A DNA stretch of 59,099 nucleotides, from positions 1 to 59,099 of the IMG/VR virus record IMGVR_UViG_3300036799_000025. One strand, 5' to 3'. Shown piece by piece: positions 46,611 to 55,464 of the stretch. Made by a program: the position numbers and the translations under genes. How positions within the stretch are numbered: the first letter of the stretch is position 1; each line of letters starts with the position of its first letter. The notes beneath the pieces are model-generated. The model was not told the DNA's origin, searched no databases, and was given only the letters and a program-made list of their open reading frames with translations. This DNA comes from a virus (lineage: Duplodnaviria; Caudoviricetes).

Positions 46611-46911
46611 TGCTCTTGTACTGCGTGAAAAGGTTTGATTCAGCGCCGAGCGTGCCGTCGACTTTGACTTTGACGTCTTCGATGCAGCGCCTGACGGCGG
46701 TGAGATACTCGCGCGAGAGCACAGCGCGCCCGTCGCCGGTCGGCGCGCGACGATACGCACGCCAGAGCTGACGCTGCAGCTCCTGCGACACCATGCCCCA
46801 ATGCTTCGGGCACATGAGCAAGCGATGCGGCACGTCGAGCGTGCAGGCCGGTCGGCCTTGCACCTGCACGTCAGCGGCTGCGCAGCGATGCAACCCGCGC
46901 GCGTTAGGCAT
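46597..46911 (-). CDS. Conserved Cys/His phage protein
   Basis: HRC..C..VPHRLLMCPKHWGMV..LWRAY. Confidence 0.6.
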   Translation of the reverse strand: MPNARGLHRCAAADVQVQGRPACTLDVPHRLLMCPKHWGMVSQELQRQLWRAYRRAPTGDGRAVLSREYLTAVRRCIEDVKVKVDGTLGAESNLFTQYKSNETQ

Positions 46912-47314
46912 CAGGCGAGCGCCCCGTTGCGCGCAGCAGGCCTGCAGACAGCTCGCGCAGCGCACTCGTCTTGCCTGCGTTGCGATTCGCATCGAGAAAG
47001 TCAGCGAGCGAATCGAGCGCGACCCCGTACTCAGCAGAGATGCCAGTACTGCCGCTCTCGTCTTCGTCTGTGTTCAGGCAGTGCTCAGGCGGCGGCGGCG
47101 CAGCATCCTCATCGCTGAGATCTGCGTACACGCCATCAGCGACGATCGAGCCGAGATCTGTGTCGTCGACGAAGCGATACAGCGCACGATAGCGGCGCGC
47201 ATCGTCGAAGATCTCGCTCATCTCATCGCTCGTGATCTCGCCGATCAGGAAGCGCATAACGCGCTCTTCGATGTCATCGCGCCGGATCTCTTCCTTCGTT
47301 TTGACTCTGCTCAT
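46904..47314 (-). CDS. Hypothetical protein with DAxRYR motif
   Basis: FDDARRYRAL. Confidence 0.55.
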   Translation of the reverse strand: MSRVKTKEEIRRDDIEERVMRFLIGEITSDEMSEIFDDARRYRALYRFVDDTDLGSIVADGVYADLSDEDAAPPPPEHCLNTDEDESGSTGISAEYGVALDSLADFLDANRNAGKTSALRELSAGLLRATGRSPDA

Positions 47315-47553
47315 AGCTCGACTCCTGCGAGTAGATCGTCTGTCGTATCAGGCAGCGCTTCGATCGGCGCGCCGTACTCGTCACGATATTTCCGCACCGC
47401 TTCTGTGTGCTCGCACTTGTTCACGCAGCACGTGTGACAGAGATACTTGCCGCACGAGTAGCGCACGCTGACTGTGATCTGCTTCGCTGCGCCGACTGCG
47501 TAATAGTCAGCAAGCGACGTCGAGACAATGAAGACGACAGGGAAGTCTCTCAT
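47311..47553 (-). CDS. SWIM-like Zn-finger protein
   Basis: YLCHTC...CEH..AV. Confidence 0.5.
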   Translation of the reverse strand: MRDFPVVFIVSTSLADYYAVGAAKQITVSVRYSCGKYLCHTCCVNKCEHTEAVRKYRDEYGAPIEALPDTTDDLLAGVEL

Positions 47554-47882
47554 TGCGCAGGCGTGACAGGCGTACGGTCCTGCAGGCGAATTGCTTGCAG
47601 GCCGTCAAGATGATTGTGCCGAATCAAGATCGTGAGCGCACGCAGTATAGCCCACATAGGCACGACTGACTTGCTCTCTGCGACTCGCTTCGACTCCTGC
47701 CCCTGCACGACGGCGCGCCACATGACGCGACCTACTGAATCAGGCGCGCCGTACATCTTCACGACGATATCTGCGCCCTTGAGCTTCTCGTCAGGCAAGG
47801 GCGTGAGATGCGTTTCGGCGACGAGTGCTGAGAGCGGCTCGTCGTGCGTCTCAGGTGCGACCTTCCGTCGCTTCGGGCTCAT
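47550..47882 (-). CDS. Hypothetical protein
   Basis: Coupled overlaps. Confidence 0.5.
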   Translation of the reverse strand: MSPKRRKVAPETHDEPLSALVAETHLTPLPDEKLKGADIVVKMYGAPDSVGRVMWRAVVQGQESKRVAESKSVVPMWAILRALTILIRHNHLDGLQAIRLQDRTPVTPAQ

Positions 47883-48244
47883 CGCAGATCGCCGCCGTCT
47901 TTCATGTGTCTGCGATGCTCAGGCGGCACGTCACGCGTCACAGGCGCGACACCTTTGAGCTTTTGCAATGTTCCACGTGAAACATTCGCACGCAGGCGCT
48001 CTGCGCGCACGTTCTCGCGCAGTGCTGCGACGTAGACGCCGCCACAGGCGAGCAGGAAGCCGATCGCGCCGATGACGATCACCTGATACCAGTCGAGCAC
48101 GCGCGTTGCGAGCGCGCCGATGACGATGCCGAGATCGAGTGCCATCAGCTCAGCGCCTGCATACTCGTACCACGGTCGACGCAAGCGCTGCACGCCGCGC
48201 GCAGGTAGCGTCTTGTGCGCTGTGCGCTTCTCGATATGCGTCAT
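47879..48244 (-). CDS. Two-TM membrane protein
   Basis: Two hydrophobic segments. Confidence 0.55.
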   Translation of the reverse strand: MTHIEKRTAHKTLPARGVQRLRRPWYEYAGAELMALDLGIVIGALATRVLDWYQVIVIGAIGFLLACGGVYVAALRENVRAERLRANVSRGTLQKLKGVAPVTRDVPPEHRRHMKDGGDLR

Positions 48245-48759
48245 CGCTGCACGTCAGCGACCGTGAGATGCTCAGCGATTAGCAGGCCTGCGAGATCGTT
48301 CGGCAGCTTCGCGACGTAGTACGTCGTCGACGCGATGAAGCGACCATAAATCTGCGACTCTGCGCCGAAGTTACACACGACGCCCTTGCCTAAGATCAGC
48401 TCTTCGACGCGCGCCTTCGCTTTGAGCCCGAGCGTGCGCTCTGCCTCAGACGCGTCAGGCTCGATCGACGGCGCGTCAACGGCGCTGAGTCGTATGCGCT
48501 TGTACGGCATCTCTTCGAGCCCGTTTTCGACCCACACGTCGAAGGTATCGCCGTCGACGACGTTGAGACACACGCAGCGCCTGATCGTGTGCTCGCGCTT
48601 CGCCGGATGCGTCTTGAACACGTCAGGCCGCCAGATCTTGAGCGGCTGCAGCGCCTTCGGCCCTGTCAGGTGCAGCTTGCTCGGGCTCGTCGAGACTAGA
48701 CGCGGGTCATTCGCGCGCGGCCTGCTGCGCGGCGCGCCTGCTGTTGCACGATTGCTCAT
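48241..48759 (-). CDS. Thermonuclease (SNase) family protein
   Basis: VVDGDT, IRLSAVDAP, YGR. Confidence 0.85.
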   Translation of the reverse strand: MSNRATAGAPRSRPRANDPRLVSTSPSKLHLTGPKALQPLKIWRPDVFKTHPAKREHTIRRCVCLNVVDGDTFDVWVENGLEEMPYKRIRLSAVDAPSIEPDASEAERTLGLKAKARVEELILGKGVVCNFGAESQIYGRFIASTTYYVAKLPNDLAGLLIAEHLTVADVQR

Positions 48760-49422
48760 CTAAAGATCGACTCCATGCTTTGCCTGCAGCACGCGCTTAC
48801 ACTCCTGAGCAAGCTGGAAATCTGCACCGCCGCCGTTGCCTGCCTTTTCAGGATGCGCGTTGTGCATCGCGAGTCGGATGACATCGCGCGCATAAATCGG
48901 ATTACTCAGCACCTTGCCGAGCAGCTCAGGTGTCTCGCGCCTGCCTGCGATGCGTAGCGCTGTCTTTGCAGCCTGCTCATAGCTCAGCGCTGTCGTTGTC
49001 ACAGCAGGCAGTGCCGCGAAGCCTCTGAATTGCTGGCCGCGACGCACAGCGCCGTAATCTTCGCACTTGCGCAGGTTGCGCACAGTCAGCGCGATCGCTC
49101 TGAGATTCTCCTGCCACGAGAAGAACGTGTCACACGGCATCGTGATCGCGACGCCCTGCTCGTCGACGTACTTGAGCACGACGGCAGGATCTTTCGCCTT
49201 GTACGCAGCGAAAGGCACGCCGATCGCGCGCAGCTCGCGCGGGTCGATTGAGATCTCGACGGCTGCGCGCTGTGCTTTGAGCAGGCGCATCTCGCTATCG
49301 AGCAAGTCGAGCGTGTTGCCGACGCTGCTCTCGAAGCGCGAGACGCGCCGCTGCTCTGTCGGCGTGCGCTCGCTGCCTGCAGGCCAACTCTCGATCGATC
49401 GAAACTCAAAGTAACGCGGCAC
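48760..49422 (-). CDS. Phage J-domain-containing protein
   Basis: WPAGSERT, DPAV, PCD..W.ENLRAIALT..LR, GFAALP, HPE.GG. Confidence 0.8.
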   Translation of the reverse strand: MPRYFEFRSIESWPAGSERTPTEQRRVSRFESSVGNTLDLLDSEMRLLKAQRAAVEISIDPRELRAIGVPFAAYKAKDPAVVLKYVDEQGVAITMPCDTFFSWQENLRAIALTVRNLRKCEDYGAVRRGQQFRGFAALPAVTTTALSYEQAAKTALRIAGRRETPELLGKVLSNPIYARDVIRLAMHNAHPEKAGNGGGADFQLAQECKRVLQAKHGVDL

Positions 49423-49452
49423 TAGGTCTCTGCTGTGTAGGTTGCTGCTGCA

Positions 49453-49483
49453 AGCATAGCGCTCTAGCTACAGCTTGCGCAAG
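49453..49483 (-). promoter_or_regulatory. Promoter P5 with contracted palindrome CTTGCGCAAG
   Basis: TTGCGC-N18-TATGCT. Confidence 0.55.
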
Positions 49484-49965
49484 TAAGCAGTGCCGGTATC
49501 CTCTGGCGGGTCGAGATACACGGCGTACGTGCTCTCGTGCTCATCGTCTTCGTAGCTACTCCACTCAGCAGGCGGCAGCATCTCGTGCAGTACGCCTGCG
49601 ATGACGACACGCTGCACGCTCGTCGTGTGATTGACGATCGAGATCGTGCCGTCTGCGAGCGCCGCTGATGCGAAGCGATCGAGTGCAGGCGCGCTACAGC
49701 GCACGCAGGAGATCTTCAGCGCCTGACCGTTGCCTGTGTACGCGAGTCGATCGACGCGCCAGGCCGGATGCGTGCACGGCTCGGCAGCGGCCTGCAGCAT
49801 CTCCGCCGCATGACGCGCGCGCTCAGCGAGTGCAGCGATCTCGCGATACGTCTGCGAGAGCTGCGACGTGCGCCGCGTCATCAGGAACAACCCGAGCGCG
49901 ATGAGCATGCCTGCGAAGAGCAGCTCAGCGAGATCGCCTGAGCTGAATGCGAGATTAGTCATCAT
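49468..49965 (-). CDS. Single-TM protein with Cys motifs
   Basis: TM LLFAGMLIALGLFLM; CTH, CVRC. Confidence 0.5.
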   Translation of the reverse strand: MMTNLAFSSGDLAELLFAGMLIALGLFLMTRRTSQLSQTYREIAALAERARHAAEMLQAAAEPCTHPAWRVDRLAYTGNGQALKISCVRCSAPALDRFASAALADGTISIVNHTTSVQRVVIAGVLHEMLPPAEWSSYEDDEHESTYAVYLDPPEDTGTAYLRKL

Positions 49966-50416
49966 CGTCGTCACTCCGGACAAGGCGTGGCATCGCGATC
50001 GTGCTCAGTGGCTGCATCGCGTTGACGCGCGCGATCGCGCGATCGAGTCGCTCGCCGCCATCGACAGCGCCGTGCAGCGAGCGATCGTGATTGTCGTCGT
50101 ACGTGAAGCCGTTCCAGAAAGGCATCTGCCCGCACGTCGTGCACTTCAGCTCAGGCAGATAGTCGAGTCCTGCCTTGCCTTGCAGCGCCTGCATGTAGCA
50201 CTGCGTTGGCTCGCGCTGTGGCGCGAAGCTGCGCGCTGCGATCACGCGATCGCGCGGGTCGACGTCGCCTGCACGCCGCGCTGCCTGCAAGCGCCTGACG
50301 TCCTGCAGCAGGCGCTGATCGCGCTCGATCTGCTCGCTCGTGCGCCCGTCAGGGATCACGTACGGCTTGACGGCGAAGCGCTTGTATCGCTCGTCGTTTG
50401 TGATCTCGTCACTCAT
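49955..50416 (-). CDS. Hypothetical protein (CxxC)
   Basis: Follows the initiator gene. Confidence 0.5.
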   Translation of the reverse strand: MSDEITNDERYKRFAVKPYVIPDGRTSEQIERDQRLLQDVRRLQAARRAGDVDPRDRVIAARSFAPQREPTQCYMQALQGKAGLDYLPELKCTTCGQMPFWNGFTYDDNHDRSLHGAVDGGERLDRAIARVNAMQPLSTIAMPRLVRSDDDDD

Positions 50417-51524
50417 GATGCACTCCGTTGCCGTTGAGCGGTGCGTCGCCTGCCAGTATCGCCTTGTACTTCTCTGCCGTCGGGTGCGGCTCGCCTGCGC
50501 GATAGCGTTTGCTCAAGTTGGCGAAGCGCTCGACGTTGCCGCGATTGCGCAGCAAGAATTCAATGTCATCGTGCTTCGTGCCGTCTTTCTCGCCGTTGAC
50601 GTATTGATCCTTCGCTGCGCCATCGAAGGCAAAGAGTAGCTCGCCGAGATTATCGCCGTTCTCACGCAATCGCGCGACGATGACGCGCTCGCGCTTGTCG
50701 TCGACGAGCGCCTTTGGGTGATTAAACTTTGCCATCCAGTAGCCGACGACGATACCGGCGAGCAGTCGTCGCTGCTGCTCGCGCGTGATGCGTGTGCGCG
50801 TGCCCTGTGCGACTTCGTCGAGCACTTGCGCGAGCTGCGCGCGAATTGCAGGCAGCGTGCGAGGGCCGAGTACGACAGGCAGCTCAGGCGTCTTGCGTCG
50901 CGACGTCGTGACGAGCGCTGTCGAGATCTCCTGCTCGTCAGGCTCGATCGTCATCTCGAAAGCGCTAGCAGGCGCTAGCAAGTTGCTAGCAGAATCGCAT
51001 AGCTCTTGATCTTGATCTTTTGTAGTTGTAGTGGATCTAAGATCTTTACTACTAAGATCTTTACTAACTAATATGGGCAAAGTGCTAGCATCTGCTAGCA
51101 AGTTGCTAGCAGCTTCCCTATTTTCGCGAGGTTCCTGATAGCGAGTTGCTAGCAATTCGCCGCTTTCTGGCGGTTTCAAGTCTGACGCTGTGCTAGCATC
51201 TGCTAGCACTTTGCTAGCACTTTCTGCTAGCACGTTGCTAGCAGAATGCTCGATTACGCGAAAGAAGCCGCTGTCGACGAGTGCCTGCAGGTCGATCTTT
51301 GAGCGCGCTCTGAGCTGTCTCGCAATGAAGTCTGCATCGAGCGGGATCTTGTTATCGAGCTTCGCTGCAAGCAGCCAAAGCTGCATGAGATGCCCGCGTG
51401 CGAGATCAGACAGTTTCAGAAACTCGTAACTTTCGAGCAGGCGAATAAAGAGACGCACGAAGGTCGGCGCGCGATCCTTGTAGTGCAGCAGTGCGTCATA
51501 GCTCGTTGCCTCTAAGTACTTCAT
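50409..51524 (-). CDS. Replication initiator (lambda O-like)
   Basis: HYKDRAPTFVRL..LMQLWLLA wHTH N-terminus; internal iterons; C-terminal DIEFLLR. Confidence 0.75.
   Translation of the reverse strand: MKYLEATSYDALLHYKDRAPTFVRLFIRLLESYEFLKLSDLARGHLMQLWLLAAKLDNKIPLDADFIARQLRARSKIDLQALVDSGFFRVIEHSASNVLAESASKVLADASTASDLKPPESGELLATRYQEPRENREAASNLLADASTLPILVSKDLSSKDLRSTTTTKDQDQELCDSASNLLAPASAFEMTIEPDEQEISTALVTTSRRKTPELPVVLGPRTLPAIRAQLAQVLDEVAQGTRTRITREQQRRLLAGIVVGYWMAKFNHPKALVDDKRERVIVARLRENGDNLGELLFAFDGAAKDQYVNGEKDGTKHDDIEFLLRNRGNVERFANLSKRYRAGEPHPTAEKYKAILAGDAPLNGNGVHHE
50961..51245. repeat. Putative replication origin: 12 GCTAGCA iterons plus an AT-rich tract
   Basis: GCTAGC at 50964, 50974, 50985, 51084, 51094, 51105, 51148, 51192, 51202, 51213, 51226, 51237; AT-rich about 51005-51075. 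Confidence 0.8.
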
Positions 51525-52084
51525 CGCAGATCACCTGCGTCTTTCTTCGAGCGATACTGCTTGCGACGCGCGAGCTTGTTTTCGAGCGTGATGCGAAACG
51601 CCTGTACGTTGAGCGCGCGCCCTGCGTCAGTCAGCTCCCATACGATCGACGGCGAGCCTGCTGCTGTCGCATACTTACGTCCTGAGTCGCGCAGATACTG
51701 CAGCGTGACTAGCTCTGAGCGACGCGTACGTAGCCCGCTGTCAGTCTGTAGCGGCCACCACGCGTCACGCTCTATATGCTCGCGTCGTGAGCGATAGAGC
51801 CGAATCAGGCCTTCGTCGATCATGCCTTGCGTATTCGGCGGCGCTGTCACGCGCAGATCTGCTTCCTCTACTGAGCGGAAGCAATCGAGCACAGAAAGCT
51901 GCTTCAGTGAGATCTCGCGATGCGCGGTGCGTGCAGCAGCGTGCGACGTCGCAGGATCTGTCGAGCGCGCAGCAGCACGCAGGCGTGACGGTCGTGCTGC
52001 GCCGAAGAGATCTGCCTGCTCGATGTCACGAGCGCGCGGCAGACTCTCGCCCGTCGTCGGGCGCGTTGTCTGAGAGCGCGCCAT
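51521..52084 (-). CDS. Winged-helix DNA-binding protein
   Basis: ARSTDPATSHAAA; RTRRSELV..DSG..IVW. Confidence 0.75.
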   Translation of the reverse strand: MARSQTTRPTTGESLPRARDIEQADLFGAARPSRLRAAARSTDPATSHAAARTAHREISLKQLSVLDCFRSVEEADLRVTAPPNTQGMIDEGLIRLYRSRREHIERDAWWPLQTDSGLRTRRSELVTLQYLRDSGRKYATAAGSPSIVWELTDAGRALNVQAFRITLENKLARRKQYRSKKDAGDLR

Positions 52085-53418
52085 TAGTCGCCCTCGTATG
52101 CTTCGCCGCGATCTTCGCCTGCTTCCTCCGCGAGCTGCTCTCGTGCGTCGTCTGCTGCGGTCGGGTCCTGTACAGGCGCTGCAGACTGCGGCGCTGCTGA
52201 CTCGACGCGGCGATGCGCTTCGTCACGCTCGATCTGTCTGCGCTCGACTTCCTGCTCGACGTCGCGCTTGAGCGTCTCCATTCGCTTGCGGCCTGCGTCG
52301 TCGAGTACGACCGGCAGCTTCTTGCCTGTCTTCTTGCCGTCGATGATCTCGTCGACTGTCTGCTTGCCGCTCAGTGCCTTGTCGCACCAGTCCCAGGCGC
52401 GTGCGAGCAGGTCGCCTGAGACGATGTACTCGCGCTCGATCACGCTCTTGCCGTCTGTCGTCAGCTCATTCTGATCGAGTGCTGCGCCTTTGATCGGCGC
52501 GACGCCAAAGGGAAACTTCGACGCGTAGCGCGAGACTGTGCGGCCTGCGTAGATCGCGAGCACGTTGACGACCGTAACTGGTGCGCTGCGCTCCTGCTTC
52601 ATGCCTGAGCGCTTCGTCTCACGTCGCGGCTCGCGCGTCGGCTGCTGCTTGCGCTCATCGAGCACGTCGTCATCGTCGCGATCGTTCTCAGACTGCCCCA
52701 TCTCTTCAGACGTGTAGACGCCGCTCATCTCGTTCGGGAACGCCTGACGCAGCGCGAGCGCCTCAGCGCACTTTGCGAGCTGCTCCGCGCCGCGCTTCTC
52801 CCACATCGCATTGAGACGCTTCTTATCCGTGCGCTGATCGTTCTCCCACACGTCGACCGTCTGCATGTACGCGTCGAAGCGTGCGACCGCAAAGAGCGGC
52901 TGATCGAAGTCTTTGCGCAGCACGCCGACGCGCGCAGCGTACGGCTCACGATCGCGAAACGGCCAGACAGGATACCACGTGATGACGATGCCGTGATCAG
53001 TCGGCTGCACGTCAGCCCACTCAGGCGCGATCTGTCCTGCGTACTTGTCCGTACGCTCAGCGATGAGACGCAGGCCGTCGATCGACGTCTCGAAACTGAA
53101 TTTGTCGACACTCTTGCGCAGCCTCTTGTCGTACGCGCTGCGCTTCATGAAGTAGCACTGACGCGTAAACGGGTCGAGTCGCGTGCGCTTGCATTGATAC
53201 AGGAAGAGATCTAGCTCGTCGTCGCTCGCGTCTTTCGCGATCGTGCGCTTGAGCAGCTCGATCTGATCTCTCGTAAACTCGACGCCCTGCACCGTGCGCA
53301 TCTCAGGAAGCTGCACTCTCTGCTGCTCGATGCGCACAGGCGGCGTAATCGGAAGTTTCAGCGTATCACCGTCGAGTACAGACCGCGTCGCCGTCGCGAC
53401 GTCTCGCTCTTCGTTCAT
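52084..53418 (-). CDS. bet: Phage single-strand annealing protein Bet/RecT
   Basis: ASDDELDLFLYQCKRTRLDPF, TSIDGLRLIAERT, QLAKCAEALALRQAFP. Confidence 0.9.
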   Translation of the reverse strand: MNEERDVATATRSVLDGDTLKLPITPPVRIEQQRVQLPEMRTVQGVEFTRDQIELLKRTIAKDASDDELDLFLYQCKRTRLDPFTRQCYFMKRSAYDKRLRKSVDKFSFETSIDGLRLIAERTDKYAGQIAPEWADVQPTDHGIVITWYPVWPFRDREPYAARVGVLRKDFDQPLFAVARFDAYMQTVDVWENDQRTDKKRLNAMWEKRGAEQLAKCAEALALRQAFPNEMSGVYTSEEMGQSENDRDDDDVLDERKQQPTREPRRETKRSGMKQERSAPVTVVNVLAIYAGRTVSRYASKFPFGVAPIKGAALDQNELTTDGKSVIEREYIVSGDLLARAWDWCDKALSGKQTVDEIIDGKKTGKKLPVVLDDAGRKRMETLKRDVEQEVERRQIERDEAHRRVESAAPQSAAPVQDPTAADDAREQLAEEAGEDRGEAYEGD

Positions 53419-53495
53419 GTGTGCTCTCTCTCAAAGTAGAAGGTGACGCGCGCTGCACGCGTCTCTCAGGCACGTGCAGCGCACTGTGATGATAA

Positions 53496-54254
53496 TCAGC
53501 GCTGCTCGTCGCTGTCGAGCATTTCGCTGAGCGCATGCCCGCCGAGGCCGTGCCGCTCGATGCTCGGCTCACGACGCGCTTCCTGCATCGGCTTGCGCTC
53601 GATACCGTCGAGCCCGCGCGAATCGCGATTGCGCACAATGTCGCGCTCTAGCTCCTGCAGATCGACGCTGCGCGGCGCAGGTCGGCTGCTCGCGCTGTGC
53701 AGCGGCTGAATGTGGCCGTCCGGATGAATGATCAGAAACCCGGCGCGACGCGACTGCAGGATCTCGCGCATATTGAGCAAGGTCTGCTCAAGCAGCTTGA
53801 CGCGCAGATCGCACGCGCTCTTGTACGAGAGCTTCTCTGCGACGTCATCACGTACGGCAGTGTACTCAGGATGACCGCTGACGATCTTCTCAGCCGCGCT
53901 GATCGAGAGCGTCTCGCCGCGCTTCGCTTCGTTCTGCTTGCGACCGATGGCCGCTTCTGACTCAGCCATCAGCTTCTCGATCACGCGCACGCGTGTACGC
54001 GCCTGCAGTGACTCAGCCGCGATATAGTCCTGCGTCGCAGCGATCGTCTCTTCGATCGCGAAGCTGAAGTCATGCTCGATGCCGAGCAGCAGCTTCTCAG
54101 CGTCTAGCAGTGTCAGATGCGTGCGCGCTTCGATGTACGCGCGCTTCTCGCGGTCGAGCGCACCTGCAGCCGACGCGAAACCTGCTTCGATGCCTGTCGC
54201 TGTCGGCACCGGCGGCTCATTGTCTTGCTCCCACGGCTCTCTCTTGTCTTCCAT
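53496..54254 (-). CDS. Hypothetical coiled-coil protein
   Basis: Helical composition. Confidence 0.6.
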   Translation of the reverse strand: MEDKREPWEQDNEPPVPTATGIEAGFASAAGALDREKRAYIEARTHLTLLDAEKLLLGIEHDFSFAIEETIAATQDYIAAESLQARTRVRVIEKLMAESEAAIGRKQNEAKRGETLSISAAEKIVSGHPEYTAVRDDVAEKLSYKSACDLRVKLLEQTLLNMREILQSRRAGFLIIHPDGHIQPLHSASSRPAPRSVDLQELERDIVRNRDSRGLDGIERKPMQEARREPSIERHGLGGHALSEMLDSDEQR

Positions 54255-54297
54255 TGCTCGTCTCAGTGTGTGTGAAAGGATGATCGCGCGCGACGTG

Positions 54298-54420
54298 CTA
54301 CAGTGTCACCTGCGTCAGGATCAGGGTCAGGAAGCCGAGCGCGCCTAACCAGCCGCACGCAGCGATCGTGTCGCGGATCTCGCGAGGCAGCACCGTAGCA
54401 CGCCGAGGGCGATAGTACAT
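54298..54420 (-). CDS. 40-aa single-TM peptide missing from the ORF track
   Basis: MYYRPRRATVLPREIRDTIAACGWLGALGFLTLILTQVTL; coupled to the upstream stop. Confidence 0.45.
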   Translation of the reverse strand: MYYRPRRATVLPREIRDTIAACGWLGALGFLTLILTQVTL

Positions 54421-55355
54421 CATCGCGACTTCTTGCCGCCGCGACCTTTGCCGATCTTCCCGCGATTGACGCGTGGCGCGCGCTTCTTGCCGCCTTTCGT
54501 CTTCTCGCGCTCAGCGCTCGCGACGTCCATCAGCGGCTCGCTGCCTTCAGGCGCAGGCTCGACGTCAGTGATCGTATACTCATCGTTGTCGACAGCATTG
54601 TCGACAGCGAGATCGCCTGCAGGCCAGTTTTCGCCTTCAGGTGGAGTATCGTTGCTGCCGTCCTTAGCTGCTGACTCGACGCTCGGCACTTCCGTCTGCC
54701 CGTCGATCACGTCGCCTGCCTGATTCTTCAGCTCAGGCGCTGCGTTGTCCGTGTACTCGGTGCGCGCGTTCACGAGACGCCACTCGCCGTTATGCGCGTA
54801 CACGAGCCCGCGCCAGTCCATCGTATCGCTGACTTCAAAGCCCGCGTCAGGATGATAGCCCCACACGGCAGCGATCGACGTCGTCTGTCCTGTCGGCACG
54901 CGCAGCAGCTCGCCGATCGCAGGGCGCGGCGTCGGCACGTCGTCAGCCCAATTGATCGCGAGCACGTCGCCGACCTTCGTCGGCTCGCCACCGCGCGCGC
55001 CGTGCTTCTTGCCGTTCTGCTTCTCTTCGATCGCACGACCGATCGGCGTGCCGTCGAGCTGATGCTGCGCCGGTCGCGCATTGATCGTGATCTGCTGCAG
55101 ACGTGAGAGCCCGTCGATGATCTCGTCGAGCGTCGGATCTTCACGCTTCGTCAGCGCGAGGATAGTGCCCTTCGCAGCGACGGCGTTCTTGTGCTGCTTC
55201 TCGAAGGCTGACTGTGCTAGCTCGCGATGCGCTTCGTCAGGCACGATCATAATGATCGCGCCGTGATTGCTCGTGAGCGCCTTGCGCACGCGATCGATCT
55301 GCTTCTCGACCGCTGCCTCGGTCTCGTCCTGCTGTTGCTGTTGCGTCATGCTCAC
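54420..55355 (-). CDS. Hypothetical protein with acidic region and basic tail
   Basis: 311-aa ORF. Confidence 0.6.
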   Translation of the reverse strand: MSMTQQQQQDETEAAVEKQIDRVRKALTSNHGAIIMIVPDEAHRELAQSAFEKQHKNAVAAKGTILALTKREDPTLDEIIDGLSRLQQITINARPAQHQLDGTPIGRAIEEKQNGKKHGARGGEPTKVGDVLAINWADDVPTPRPAIGELLRVPTGQTTSIAAVWGYHPDAGFEVSDTMDWRGLVYAHNGEWRLVNARTEYTDNAAPELKNQAGDVIDGQTEVPSVESAAKDGSNDTPPEGENWPAGDLAVDNAVDNDEYTITDVEPAPEGSEPLMDVASAEREKTKGGKKRAPRVNRGKIGKGRGGKKSR

Positions 55356-55464
55356 TCTCGCTTGTCTCGCTGTGTGCGTTGCCTGTGTCGGGTAAAGAAT
55401 TCTGAGTGCGTCGAGCCCGACTTCTCAGCGCCTCACATCCCGTTGACTGCAGCGTGCTCCTGCA

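Noticed and set aside
50961-51245. CRISPR-like array
   Set aside because: Repeats are 7-8 bp with 3-6 bp gaps inside a CDS; this fits iterons and there are no cas genes
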